Shown here: in pieces, positions 1 through 15,000 of the stretch
Layout: each line of letters begins with the position of its first letter
How positions within the stretch are numbered: position 1 is the stretch's first letter
From: Owenia fusiformis
Taxonomy: Eukaryota
Assembly: GCA_903813345.2 (NCBI GenBank)
Contig: CAIIXF020000001.1
Span: 31,744,001-31,808,000, forward strand
Direction of reading: 5' to 3'
Length of the DNA stretch: 64,000 nucleotides
Made by a program: the position numbers and the translations under genes
Notes under the pieces: model-generated
Database searches by the model: none
What the model saw: only the letters and a program-made list of their open reading frames with translations
Told to the model about the DNA's origin: nothing

Positions 1-679
1 TGTGGACGGGAATAAGTGGATTAACCCAAATATATATGATGACATTTTCACTGCATCAGGTACCTACAACCTAGAATATGACACCAGTCCTCACAGTGAC
101 TCTGATTATGGTTCAATAAACTTTAGAATTGTTATGGTTACCTTTTTAAGGGTTATTCTGAAACATTGCAAGTTCAATTCAACTCAATTTATTCATACAT
201 TTAATCATTATGTGTACACATATTATTAAGAATAGGTGGCACCACAGGTGATGCTTAAATACCCGTACATATAGTAGTTAAATCATGAAGTACATGTATA
301 TCATTATGTTGTCAACGAATCAAACCGGAATGTAATCACAAAAGTTAGATTATAATAAATAAAGGTATGGGGGATCCATGATGCTCGTTTCATTTGAAGC
401 CAAGAAGGTGCCATATGCCATGGGGAAATTTTATGAATGTGTAGCTTCATTAATTATTATTTAAAGATGCCAGGCTACCGCATTGACGCAAATAATCTTT
501 AAAAGTGTGATTCTTATAAAATATTAGTTATTATTTTACCTTCCCCAAGGTTGGTATGGTCAGAATTATTATTTTAGATCTTAAGTAGTTTGGAGCAGCC
601 CCAAGGTTGGCCCATGTACCTCCCTTGAGAGCCTACCCTTCTTACTGAAGAAAGAAGAAATGATATAGTCAACTAATGA

Positions 680-1030
680 TTAATAAGCTAAGAGAATATG
701 CTTCTTCAGTTTTGATTTCAGAAAAGAAGTGGAATTTGACTTTTTTATTTCTTCTGGGAGATTGTTCCATATGGAGTAACCACTAAAGGCTATTGTTCTT
801 TTGCCATAATTTTCAGTTTTGCTTTAGGAAGGGTGAAGTTTGATTTGCCTCTAGTATTATATCTATGAAAATCTCCATGGGTATTGAAATAGTTGGGAAA
901 AATAGCTTCATAATTGTTGATATCATTTTTCCATTTAAATGCTAGTATTAAGAAAGGATATATTGTCACAGTCCTTACTTCATGTGAAGTCAATTTCAGT
1001 ATAGAACCACTTTGCCTTATAATGATTCTC
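680..1030 (-). mobile_element. Decayed 3' end of a CR1/L2-group LINE ORF2 (frameshifted)
   Basis: FPNYFNTHGDFHRYNTRGKSNFTLPK, then in a shifted frame GYSIWNNLPEEIKKSNSTSFLKSKLKKHILLAY*; H-YNTR and WN-LP..IK motifs are typical of L2/CR1-group ORF2 C-termini. Confidence 0.75.
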
Positions 1031-2605
1031 ATGACTGTTTGAAGCTTAAATTATGCAAATTAGTTGAAATATAGTATTGTCCCCATGTAATATTCGTTTC
1101 ATTATTGATGTGATTTCTCAATTTTCAGCGAAGAAATATAAGCTCTTTCTTAAATTATTTCAAAGTTATGAGTTAAAGTCTATTATTTTCTTTAACCCCC
1201 CCCCCCCGAGCCCTCAAAATTATTAAGGTAGGGTGTAAGATTCTTTTCACACTCATTATATAAAATAACCTCTTTATATTGTGCATATCTGTTGTACATT
1301 TTTTCTCAAAGTTATAACTTCATAAGAAGTCAATTAAAGTAAATGCCATATTTTATCACTTCGTCATTTAACGGTTTTTATTACTTTATAAGGGTTAAAT
1401 TATGCAAATTAGCTTATTTGCATATCAAAAAATATTTTTTCTGAATTACTGATGTTATAACATAAATTTTGGTGAAAAATTAAGTTTGTACCTCATATAC
1501 TTCCAAAGTTATGAATTAAAGTCCATTTTCATTTTGACCCCCCCTCAAATATCTGGGTAGAGGGAGAATTTTTTTCACAGTCGTTATGTAAGATACACTT
1601 TTAATATTTTGCACATCTGTTATACATATATAAATGCAACTATATGAATTATTTCATAAGTTATAAATTCATGAGAGGTCGATTAAAATAAATGTCGTAT
1701 TTTATCGTTTTGTCATTTAACGGTTTTTATGACTGTATAAGGGTTAAATTATGCAAATTAGCTTATTTGCATATCAAAAATGTTTTTTCTTATTTACTGA
1801 TGTTATTACATAAATTTTGGTGAACAAATAGGTTTATACCTCATATACTTCCAAAGTTATAAATTAAAGTCCATTTTCAGTTGACCCCCCTGAAATATCT
1901 GGGTAGGGGGAGAAATTTTTTCACAATCTATATATAAGATGCACTTTTAATATTTTTCACATCTATTATACATATATAGATGCATTTTTAGGAATTATTT
2001 CATCAGTTATAACTTCATATGAAGGTAATTACAGTAAATGTTGTATATTATCATTTTGTCATTTAATAGTTTTTATGGCGGTTTAAGGGTTAAATTATGC
2101 AAATTAGCTTATTTTTGTTCAAAATATTTTTTTCTCCATTACTGATATTATTTTGTAAATTTTGGTGAAAAAATTAAGTTTGTATCTTATATACTTCCAA
2201 AGTTATGAATTAAAGTTTATTTTCTTTTGACCCCCTCCCTTCAATTTTAGGGTGAGGGGAGAAATATTTTTCACAGTCGTTATGTAAGATACACTTTTAA
2301 TATTTTGCACATCTAATATACATATATAGATGCATTTTTAGGAATTATTTCATAAGTTATAACTTCATATGAAGGCAATTACAGTAAAAGTTGTTTATTA
2401 TCATTCCGTTATTTAATAGTTTTTATGGCGGTTTAAGGGTTAAATTATGCAAATTAGCTTATTTTCGTTTGAAATATTTTTTCTGCATTACTGATGTCAT
2501 TCTATAAATTATGGTGAAAAAATTAAGTTTGTATCTCATTTACTTCCAAAGTTATGAATTAAAGTTTATTTTCTTCTGACCCCCCTGAAATTATAGGGTG
2601 GGGGG
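1030..2605. repeat. Tandem array, ~348-bp unit x ~4.5
   Basis: Marker (GGG)TTAAATTATGCAAATTAG at ~1043, 1392, 1741, 2087 and 2437; the rest of each unit is also homologous. Confidence 0.92.
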
Positions 2606-5600
2606 TATAAAGATGAGGATACCTTATTTTCGCAAGCCTCAAACTCTAGATATCACCCCACATCATAAAATAAATATATTTTCCAACAAGAAAATGAAAA
2701 AATCTCGCGTAATACTCTCCAATATTCAAAAACAAAAATATTCAGGCTGGGTCCCTAAGTACAATGTAGCAAGTAGTTAGTGAACTGAGTATTTTAGCTC
2801 AAGATGAAACATAAAAACTTGACTATGAGTCTTTCTTGCTATGTAAGTTTAAACCAAGCATAAAATTAGCTCAAGAGATATGTTTCTAAGAGGCTATCAT
2901 CTCCTAGCCTTTTACTAGATAGCATTTATCCTTTATGGAGCCTCTCTGGTCATGAATGTAAAACCCTACATGAGACAAACAGCAATACTTTCAATGTAAA
3001 TCTTTACAAGAATACTATAGTGTTTATTGTTGATGAAGGTCTAGTGGTACATTTTGTTGCTCATGGAAACTAAGACCACTCAAACATTGTTCCTTTAAAT
3101 GTAAAACAGCATATGGAAAAGTCAATAGAACATCTTTTCTTTGCTCCTTTTGTTCCACCAGAAAGTCCATCTCTAATAATGAAATATCAACTGAAACATG
3201 TTGCATTGAGCTGCATCAGTTGGCACTGGGCCATCACTCTAAATTCAACAAGACTCTAAGTTGAAAGGTTGCGTGTTCTCCCATACATCAGAGAAGTCAA
3301 AACAATAAAATACTTATTAGTGAGTAGGCCATTATAGAAGAAACTGGCACAGAATATCATACAGAAGTACATTCACTTCATAAGAGCACATAGATGGTTT
3401 ATCTTAATTTCCCCATAATAAAAAACTGATCTAATAGACAAAAATAATTGAAGATTCAAAGGGAAATGTATTATTGTTAGTAAAGAAAGTTAGACCATCA
3501 ATCCCAGAATGCATTAAGCAATGATCAGATTGAGTGTGGGATACATACTCTTCTTGCAAATGGTACAATGAGTTGAACTAAAACAGGAATTTGAGGCAAG
3601 TATTCACCTGAGCTTTCAGGTAGAGTAGAGTTTTCTACACATTCAATCATCAAGACATATGCTACTGAGTGAACAATCAGGAATTGCTGAAAGTTTCTAG
3701 TTGTGGAAGAGAATTGTTTTTTTATTCTATGAATACAAACCATTTCCACATTTCATTCAGTAAAAGAAAGAAAATTAACCTGAATCATTTCCTCAGATTT
3801 GTATACTAACATATTAGATTGTTGAAAAGTACAAAGATTTAATAGACAAATTTACAGAGATAAATAGCACCTGATCCTTGTAGACTTATCTGACCCTATA
3901 AATACATCAAATGATTTTCACTTAGCCCAAATGCACACTTATGTAGCCCCCAAACATACTTGACCACTTGAGACTACCCACACAAACAACACAGCCGGTC
4001 CATCCAGGGGCAATCCTTGCTGAGAATAGCTACCAATAAAGCACAGAGGGAGGTAGTCTTGCATCAAGTTGTTAGACTGCCCCCCCCCCCCCATCTGCTT
4101 CACCTTTTGTGGAGGCAGGTAAAAAATAAAAAATAATAGAACTACTGTAATTAAGCGCTGTAAATGATTTCGACGGATCTTTCCAGACCGTATAATTGTG
4201 TTTTAGCACCTAAATGAAATTGACTCCAATTTTTGTAGCAATGGAACCTGAGAACATGTCCTTGGTATTCAACTTCCCAGATAAGTCAAAATTGATTTCT
4301 TGAGTTTGACAGAAATATACGCAAATATTATCTAATGTCCCAAAAGTGAGCTAAGACGAGATAATATGACATATTGACTCAAAGTAAACCTTCTCTAGGT
4401 TCACATATAGTCACAGAAATCTTACTTCTTCAATTCAAGAGAATTCTGTACTTGACAGCTAAGATGGATATCTATTCTAAATGATCCTTGACTCAGGGTA
4501 CCAATTAGAATAGAAAATGAACAGAGGCTAAAATTTATACCTGCCATTTGCACCCCTTGACATGTTAGCGTAGTAAACTGGCTTGAAAATGCTTCTAAAT
4601 GCCAAAGTCATTAATATTTTCTGTTTTTACAGTCTACATCTGTATTATATAGGGCTTGAATATAATGGTTAATAAATCAAAAGTTTTAGAGTTTTGTATT
4701 TGTTGTTTTTATTTACCCCAACAGGAAAGTAAAACAAGTTTACATATTCATTCTAAATCAAATCAAATCAATATTCTTCATTGACAGCATCAGAAAAAAA
4801 ATCTTTCCATCCGTGAAGAAATGGGTTTATCCTTATAAAGCTTGTCTATAATCTGGATGTAAAATACAAGGCCTCACATGGTCATAATCAGAATCAGAGC
4901 AGAATCATCCTTGGATGTAGGATGCTGAGATACCTCTCTATCATGTCTAAAGGAACATCTTTAAGGCAGTTTTTGTGAAAGATGTCTATAAAGGAGAATC
5001 TGAAGTAGCAAGAGGTAGACAGAAGGGAATTCTAACATAATGAGGTTACCATCACAGAATAGTTCATGTCCCTTAGACCATCTAATGAAAGACACTGACA
5101 TCCCTTTGATGCCAAATGTATTCACTTCAAACCCATCTTAGAGAATGCAATCATTACTAACATACGGTTTTCAGTTGAATATACAAATATATCATATGTA
5201 TATCTGGCAGGTCTGACTACCATGTCAAGAGAGACTGAACATTGTTGGGTAGTGAATAAAATTAGGTTAATAGACCCTTTTAGGAGCCCCTTACCCTAAG
5301 TTCATATTCTTGTACTCCTTGCTATATTTATTCATAATTTCAGTTTACAATTAGGATTGCAGGCTCTACAAAGAGAGGTCGTGGTAATATAGTTTAAGAA
5401 ATAAACTGAATAAGAACCACCTGAATTTCAACAAGAAAGAAGTTCCTTGTTCATTCTCAAGTGAATTTTCCAAGTGGTGATTTATCATTGATGTTGATAA
5501 CAAATGTACATGAAATGTGCTTTTTCTTATATTATAATATTTGTAAAGGTATATACATAAAGATGGATATTATTGTACAGTAATATTCTAAAAGCAGCAT

Positions 5601-8600
5601 TTCTCACAATGTTTCTTTATGTTTTTGTTTTTTCAAACATGATTTTGTGATTCAAAAGAGTTTTGTCAATTCTATTAAAAACATGAACAAAACAGAAACA
5701 TTGATATTGTATTAATTCTAAGTGAAGAATTTGTTCCTTTATTGTTACAAAACCCCTTGATGAAAACCGACAATACACATTTGACATTTGAAAACTGACT
5801 ACTAAAAATGAGCATTTATACAAACGTGATTTGAAAAATGTGGAACTCTCTTCCTGCATGCTGATATTTTTACAGTTGATTAAACCATTGAAATACTAAT
5901 AACGGTTTTAACGATCAATCTCTACATGTCCAATGGATGCAATTTTGGCAAAAAAACAATATAACATATTTTTTAAACAGATAAATCAAAAACATCATGC
6001 TCAGTTCTCTCTGCTTGGCAAGACAAATATATCTTTCAAGGCAACATGTTATAGGACCCAGAAAGTATATGAAACAAAAAGTAGTTTTATAAATGTTCTT
6101 GTACACTTGCCAAATCATGCCATGTTCAAAATTGTTCATGGGTCGAATTGGTCATCAATGATGGGAACACATACTGATTTTGTTTTCAACAATTTGAGAA
6201 AAAACATGTCATAAGAAACATCAACAATTTTTGAGCTGTCAAGCTCTTACTTTTAATAAGTGAAAATCCTACATCAACTATAACAGATCGATATTTCCAA
6301 GTGATCTTATAACAATGACATTTTGAAAATGATCCAGTAGACTAAAACACTTGAAAGGGAGGTTCAATTTGTCAATGACTCCAATAGCAATCAACAAACC
6401 TATGATATCTTCAAATTGTTGATTTCTCAAGAACTTTTATGTGAAATTCAAACTTTAGTTGCTATAGAAACCATCTTTCAACATGGCTGCCATGTTCACT
6501 AATTTCAATTAGCGAAGGGAACCTCTCAAAATAAACAAGATTAATTGCATTATTGACCATAATGTAAACTCCTGAAAGTGGAAAGAAAAAACCCTAAATC
6601 CAATTGTAAATAACATACATGAGTGGACTTCAGAGCAGATATTTATATCACATGCAGTTATCAGAGTTCTAAGAAAAACCTTCAGAAGGAAGGTAAAATG
6701 CTGTTAGACAGACTCCATGGGGAAGAACATGGCTAAAATCATGTAGTGGATTAGCTGTGAATGTAAAAACCATAGTGGGAGAAGATGTTATGACATATGG
6801 AAGACATGATCAACTAATCTCCAATGCCCTAATCCTAAAGCCAGCTCAATAAGACAGCAAAACAAACATGAAAATCAAATCACTTTCACCACAGGGTCTG
6901 ATTTTTCAGAATTAAACCATCATTAGTCCAGTGAGATCTAGGGACTAGGGATAGTTTAACCTCTAGCCAGAGGTCATACACATGCATTTCAGAGATCTCT
7001 TAGAAAAATATTGCCCAGATAACTTTAGTTTGATTCCTATTAAGGTTACTATGGTAACCCCAAAGGGCAACAGGTCATCATGATGATGTCTCTCAGGAGT
7101 CTACTATGGTCACTTGGGACTAATTACAGTCTTGTACCAGCCAGATGGCTAGAAAGCTGGTCAACAAATGTTTTTGGCATTTGATAGCATCCTTTTATTG
7201 CAAACTCAATAAAGACCAATAGATATCAATATATCCATGTGGCTAGTAAAGGATCTTTTTGAAGATGAGAAACCAAACTCTTGAAAGGTGCATGATAACA
7301 CAAAAATAAAATGATTGTGACCGATAAAACTTTTAGCACTACCATAGGGACTTCATGAAAATGTTTTATGAATGCAAAAGTTTTCAATCTATGATTCATC
7401 AATATTCTATCACATTATACCACATCCTCTGATGCAGGACATAATTGATATATATTCCATAGTGAGTTGATGGTAAAGGAACTGATTGGAGGATGTATTC
7501 ATTTCAAGTAGACACTTGTAGCACATTTGACTATCTCCAGGGCAAAGTCAAGCACTCATGCATATCTAGGAATTATGTTCCACCTAATACACAGATTCAC
7601 TCATAGAGTATAGTATAGCTTGATAGTCTGCTTAGTCTATAATGCATAAAATGTACTATTTTTACATTTTAGAAGGCCAAAGAACATGGATCAGTGTTGG
7701 AGGCTATACCAAAGGATGTGGCAATTCACCTGGATGTTCTGCAAAGAGATAAAGACAGTTTGTGGACGAAGCAAGGCACTGTAGAAAAAGAAATATAGGT
7801 AATAAAGATAAAATGGCACACACTGCTTGATTGTGAAATTTAAGATAGTTCTTAGAGTATCAACTATAGAATATCTACAGACTGAATTAATATCTAACAA
7901 ACAATTAGCAAAATTTACCAAAATGATGATTCAAAAAGCAATATAGAAAATAACAAAAGTTTCTATTTCTCATCCCTAAATGCTCTATTCTGAATTGCCA
8001 GTTCTTAATTGTAGTGTTGAGAAGACTGAATCCCTGTGGCCCTGTGGTCATCATTTCTGCAAGAGTTTGCTTATCTTTGGCTGGTGTCAGGCACACTTTC
8101 TGGTCTTCTATTGGACTGTACACAACATAGTGTAGGTGATCAAATCTGCAATTCTTGAACCTTCAGGTTATATACCAGAACAGCAGAGGCTTGATGCAAC
8201 AAAAAAATCCAAATTTCTAAAGCCCATGGAATATAACTAGGACCACAAGTAATATCATATTTTATAAATAAAGTTGAAGTAAACATTTATTGAGGGAAAT
8301 GCTGCATAGATGAGGAAAGTAAGCTTAGAATCTGCTTAGCTCTGATCAGCAACTCCCAGGACCTTTGAAACACATGTTTATCAATTCATCATGTCATTAA
8401 CACTGCAACTGTCATTGCTCTGTCTTTTGGTCATCTTCTTTTGGTCAAAGGTCAATAGTTAAAACCTCTGAATAAGTACTGTAAGTATCTTCCTATAATG
8501 TAATTTCCAATACTTTTTTCATCAAATCACATCATATAAACAATGAAGGCCAATATGTTTAGTATAATTGGTATTTCCCCCAAATTGAAGCTGCATAAAT

Positions 8601-11600
8601 CATCATGACATTAATAGTTCTTAGTATTAAGTGAAATTGAACTTTGGTTTAGAATTTCAAGTTGAAGTTAGATTATCAGAATCATATCAGATAACCTTAC
8701 TATGATTATAATTTTACAAGTATTTGTACATGCATGTGATCATGTTTTAAAATGGCGTCATTGGCAACCATGGCAATGATGATAATATCACAAATGATGA
8801 GCTCAACAATAAGACAAAGAAAAGCAATATACCAAATGTCAATAAATATAACTCTAGGTCAACTGAAGAAAATATATACAACATGGTGAAAAATAAATAG
8901 AGTACATTTTGTATATTTGGGGAAGACATAAAGCAACCAGACAGAAAACAAACAGTTCATTGAGAAGTTAACAACATTCCCTAACTGAATTTGAATTTGT
9001 CCACTGACAGTATGAACTAAAGATGACACCTAGATCTCATCTAGAGAATAAAAAATAAAACTGAAAAAAAAACGGTATAATTATTTCTGTTTTAATTTCA
9101 AAGGGCAAGATTGTAGTTGACCTGAACAACTGGAGAATAATGTTATTTTTCTGTTACATGGCCCCAGGCCTAGTGTCAGTTGTATTGAGCTGAGGGATCC
9201 TGACCTTTAGCCATTATTTTTACATCTTTCAATCAACACTAGTCCAGCTTGTAGTCTGCTATACCAGTTCTGGTATCTAAATGATGAAACAAACCAAGTA
9301 GACTAAATAAGTTTTATAGTGTTGGCAGATCTTTTGCACCTTTCTGGCCATGGGCAGTTTCAATTTCTACAGAGTCAATTTCAAACCTGTCAACTGCTTC
9401 ATTTGACAAACTTTGACAGTTCCCCAGGTGAGAGAGGTAAAAGCCTCTAGAATTGGCTACTGAAACCCTGGATATATATATGTACAATAATTACCTATAG
9501 AAATGCAATTTTTTCTGTATAGACTAACCCATATGGAAGCATTCAGGATAATATATTAAACATGACATTTTCACTTTAGGTTCAAACAATACAACATGAT
9601 GCTTGAACTCAAGGGAACAAAATTGAGAATTCACAGAGAACTTTGAAACTCAATAGAGTTTAAATGAAGATAAACCTCAATCAGGCAATATAAATTGTTG
9701 ACCTTCTCTGAAGTTGGGCCTGTATGTATACAGGTGTAGAGTATTAACTTTTCATGATTAGAACATTGAAAATATCACTCCACATAGTAAATTTGATGAG
9801 ACTAAAAAGATCAAGTAAAATGTGGTAATTTAAAAAGAACAACACTGTACAGTACTCCAGAATGGCAGGTCAGATGATTTCATTGACCAATATTGACATT
9901 TCAAAGTTATCCACATAATGTTTCATTTTTTACATACTTTGGTAATATGTTTTATTAGAAATAAGAGTAAAAGTCTACAAACTGTACAATGTGCAACCTG
10001 ATACTAATTTCAACAGTTGAGCCCTGGACAAAAATCACCTTTATAAGTAAAGTAAACATGCGACGTGTAACAACATTTCAGTTATGTTGTAAATGCAAAT
10101 TGAAGAATTATGTTTTGTAACCATTTTGAAGAATATGCTGTTTACGCCTAGTTTATAATGAAAAAATAATAGTGAAATAACATACAACATGGGTGAAGGG
10201 TGAATAGCTAACTAAATCTTTCAAATAATGTATAACAAATGGCAGTTTCATGAAAAGCTTCAACCCTGGGAGAGATCAGAGGTTTACTGCTAATAAACAA
10301 AAACCAGTCAAAATTAAAAGACTTTTTACATGGTGTGTTTGAAATGGGGCATTCCACAAAAATTCTTTAGTAATACCTCAATTGAACTACAAAACAGCAC
10401 TACTAAAAGCATACCCCATCTTTCTCTGAAATCCAATTGCATCTTTTAAGTTTCCCTCATTAAAAAAACTTACCTAAAATATGGTAGTTATGTTTCCATT
10501 CATCAATTCCATCAACAGCATCATAAAGGAGCAGCATAATGAAAAACAAAGAAAAAATGCATTTAATAAACATGGAATTAGCATAGATAGATAGAAAAGG
10601 CATACTTGTAACATTAACAAGAGAAAGTGAAAAGTGGATGTTGTATAAATAGAAAGGACTATAATGTTTGGACTAATTTGATAATCACTTGGGTAATATT
10701 TTCAATAATGATGCCAAGGCCACAAGATAAGGATGATTTAATTAACAGTTAAGTTTGTGAACCTGGACATCTAATTATCCTATAGTTTGCTCTTTGCAGC
10801 ATCCAGCCTAGATTATTAGATATTTCAGAGAATGAATGTTCCCAAAGCACATACATATACATGATATCACTGGGAAACTAAGGTCAACAATAATAAACTA
10901 ACTATTCTTGGAACATGACTTCAATGAGGATATACATGAACATAACATGAAAATAACTTGCCCATCCATCAACACAGTTTTATATGATATATTGACATAC
11001 TGGAGTACTTGCCTCCAAAAAGGAAGGCACAACTTCAGTCTACTTCAGGAAACATATTTGAAGAATGAAACATTTTATTTTGTCTGAGATGCCATGTGCA
11101 CTGATACTATATCGAAATATTATCTAAAATACTCTGGTGAAGGTGAAGTTTTAAATAATAATTTCCTTTTACTCAGTTTTAGTACACAACTTCATATCAA
11201 AAGTATTTTAAATTAATTTCTTTTAGTTAGTTTCCCCATATGACTTCTATCAAAAACATTTTAAATTAATTTTGTATTAAATTCACCATAAGCAGAATAT
11301 ATTTATCCCCAGGGACTGTCTGGGACACAAATTTAATATTCCAGTTTTATTCAATGTCTTGAAACTAACTGTGGTTTGAACAGGCGGGACCACAAACATA
11401 TAGAATGTCAATCAACCATAGACAGGCTATTATAATAGATATAAAACCCCAGATCTTTATATTAATTCACTATAGCAACCATAAACCACAGCCAAAAATT
11501 ATATTTGTAAAGATCTTCAATTTTTTATAACTTTGACCTTTATGTTAATCAATAAAACTTCTGAAATGAATACCCATGTTAATATTCCCATCACATTCAC

Positions 11601-11719
11601 CTTCTTTGATATCCAACTCAGATTTGGTTTAAACTCAAATAAGTGTCTCTCTTTTCAACAAGTACCCCTTATCCTATGACTACCTAAAATTGTGCTTAGT
11701 TTAGATAGCTATATATTTA

Positions 11720-12090
11720 CCCTTTGCATTCGTTTCAGACTTCACTTCTTAAAAGAGAGCTTCGTCTTCACTCTTTCAAACTAAAATAAACCTGTGAACT
11801 CACCGCGCCAATCAGTGTTCGTCGGCCAAATTTGACCGACGTTCTTTATATGGTCATTCCTTCTGACGTCATCGTTGTGCCCGAAATTGACCAATGACAT
11901 GCGCATATTTAATTAGAACGCATTTGGCGCATGTTTCTTCAAGCTCGCTGATTGGTGGAAGGTCAGCGCGTAGGTCAAAAGTGATTTACCCAAACTGCCA
12001 CCGGTACCCGTCGTGGGGGCGGGGCTACTAAACTGTAATATGGTCTCTACTAGGCAGAGTGTAGTTTAACTAGACTCTGCACGCAGGGTA
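11720..12090 (-). promoter_or_regulatory. CpG-rich promoter-like island with candidate first exon(s)
   Basis: CCAAT 11808 and 11891, ATTGG 11951, CRE 11864-71, CATGCGCA 11898, GC box 12016-25, minus-strand TATAAAG 11851-45, donors |GTGAGT (after 11804) and |GTAAAT (after 11721). Confidence 0.55.
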
Positions 12091-15000
12091 CTATATATTG
12101 GATATGAGGGGACAAATATAGTTGACACCATTCATTAATCACATGTTTGTGACATTGATGGCACTTGATCAGCTATTGAAGAGTCAATGTCTAGTAACAT
12201 ATGGTAAGTTGGGCCAAGTGTGAGATTATAAGAGGCAATTGGCCCCTGGAACACAGAACCCACCTGATGTACATTTGAAATCCTTGCTAACCAACACCAC
12301 GTATCAATAAACCAAACAAACAAAATGACATTGTGATTTACCTATTCAATAAGGTAGCATAACTTTAAAAAACAATGTTTTCAATTTACAACAGTTGCAG
12401 AGGAGATGTTAATGTTGTATGTGTTAATGAACTGATTGTGGCAATGTCACTCAGCAAACATGAGCTCCTACAAAATGTCAATCCATTTCGGACATTAAGT
12501 TCATAATTGGTCACCCAGACCCAAATTTGATGGCACTTGTTGATAATTCAGAGTCACAGACAAAATAAGATGAATATGTAAACAATATCTGTTTCTAATA
12601 ATATAATCAAAGTCATTTAATGATGGTCGCAACATTGATGGTCTCCAATGTCCATATGATAAAGTTCTTATCACTAGACACACATCAAACCGACTCCAGT
12701 TATAGCAAAAATAATCTCTTTTGGCATTGACCATTTCACTACATGTGTCTGATAAGGATCTATATTCAAATCAACATATATTTTGATCATTTTTCATAGG
12801 GATCTGTCAGTATTTTATGTATCTGGGATCATAAAATGATAAATGTTTAATTAAATAGGCTGTTTTACCTCAATGTTGTATTCATTTTCACTAAAATACT
12901 TTTACATCATCACGTTCAAAGTGTCATAAATGCACACTCAACAAAAACATGTGAATATAAACCTTGTGTTGAAGTAAATTATGTGCCGGTGTGTTTTCCT
13001 ATTTCTCAGGTGTTCATTTCTACTTTAATTACAAGGTATTTTCGTGTACTTGTCTGGATTAACAAAGATGTAGATGATAATAATGATGGTGGCGATTACA
13101 TCCAGTTAACTGCACCTTTTATATATATCACAACCCAGGGCACCTCATATAAAATTTCAATAAAAAATAACGTACAAAATTTAATTCTATACAGAGAATT
13201 GAAATTCTATGTGAACTCCTGTAATGAATATATTTAGATGGATGGGTAATTTGTTCTCAAAGCGGTCTTTGTGAACTCTTCAAAAAACCATCAAAAAGCA
13301 GTCATCAAATCTTTTCTCAACCCAAGATGCTTGAACAGTCAAAGAGAATACCAATTGTCTATATCAAAAGACCAATTTTGATCTTTTGTTCCCCTTTGAG
13401 AGCATGCTCAAGGGGTAGGTTATAAAAAATCAAAATTAAGATTTGGGTTTTTAAAAGGAAGGTAAATACTGTCTGAGCTGGTTTCTTGTTAAATCAGTTG
13501 TTGTCATTTGTAGTAAGATCTTCAGTTGGATGTTCACCATGTGGCCTTGAGTTTGAATCAATATTTTACTATTTGATTTAGATTATTCTCTATATTCATA
13601 GTAAGTTGTTCAATGAATGCAAATGCATGTTTCTACATTGGTGTAACATAACACATCTGGGATAGCCTAGCAAGATTGCAAGATGGAAGACTTATGAGGA
13701 GCTGTGTCAACATGAGCTGACTCCCTCAAAGGCCTTGGCACACATAACATTAAATGCCCTGGTGCAATTGCATCACCTTCCATGCTGTAGCATCCTCATC
13801 AACCAACCAGGTGCAGGCTGAGCTGATTCTACAAACAACAAACCAAAGAAAATTTATTCCAAGGCCTATCATACTATTGACTTTTTGAGAACCAACAATA
13901 TCTAGCATATCAAATGGTATCCTACACTAATCTGACAAGTAAAATATAAAAATAAACCACTTGAATAATATAGAATGCCCATCCTAAGCAAAGAAGTCCA
14001 AATTAAATAAATATGCCCTGAGAAAGAGCACTGAAATATAATATGAATTACAAGTACAATTTAACAAAACTGCACAGTAATCTAATCTAAATCATATACT
14101 TGTAATGAACAAAAACAATAATGTGCTGAATTTCAAACTTTCAACTATATGATACATTTTTGAACCTGTTGATGTATTTAGACATTTTATGTTCATGCAG
14201 TGAGCCCATCAATATGAAGGAACTGATCCAAGAGATGTTGAAAGTGACTGATGCGAAACCATTGATCTAATAATGAATATCTTTATTAACACATATCAAC
14301 CAGTCGGTCTAACAAACGAGATTTGTATGAACCAAATATAACCTATGAAATAAAGGGTTGCAATCAAGATTCAGAATTAGCCTTACAGACCATAATATTA
14401 TCACTGGTTTGCAAATACTCAAGGAGAACTGGCTGACTAATTGTGAGTGCTGAGGTTTGCTCCTGGGGTCCGTTTCAATTATAATGCCCATTCAGGTCAG
14501 GGCGCAACTTGTAATAAATTACCTTCAAAAAGTAACAAGCTGAAATATCAGGAACCTCAGATTATTGGGCATGTAGTTTATGAAACTCATAAACATACTC
14601 AAGTCTATATTTATGGAACTGCTGTAATTATAGTCTTTGTTTAAGAGGTAGTGATTATCTACAGAGGCTAATAAATGAATATAATATAGCATACCCAGAT
14701 ATTGCATGCAGAATTTCTCCACACCTTTATGAGGCAGTTGTATAAGATATCACAAAAGCCAACACATCAACTGAACATGAAACAAATGCATTTGATGAAT
14801 AAGTGAATGCTGCTATTAAATGGTTGCATGCTGTTAACATTAATGAAAACCCAAAGGCGTTATTGCTAAATTTGTTGATGTTTTTTTATTCTATTATTCT
14901 AAGGTATTTCTTTACACATATAATTTCACTATTTACGTATATGCTCGGGTATATTGGTTCAAACTAAGTTACCAACACAGGTGCAGTTTGGTCAGAACAT

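Noticed and set aside
1030..2605. CRISPR-like array
   Set aside because: Units are homologous along their whole length with no unique spacers, and the context is eukaryotic
5600..6500. Possible decayed transposase (ORF 5933..6214, SSMMGTH)
   Set aside because: Only a faint resemblance to the hAT DGAS.M.G motif; no other motifs or TIRs
7673..7798. Plus-strand exon-like segment (TTTTAG|AAGGCC...ATAG|GTAAT)
   Set aside because: Stop codons in all three frames and no partner exons or homology; a non-coding or terminal exon cannot be excluded
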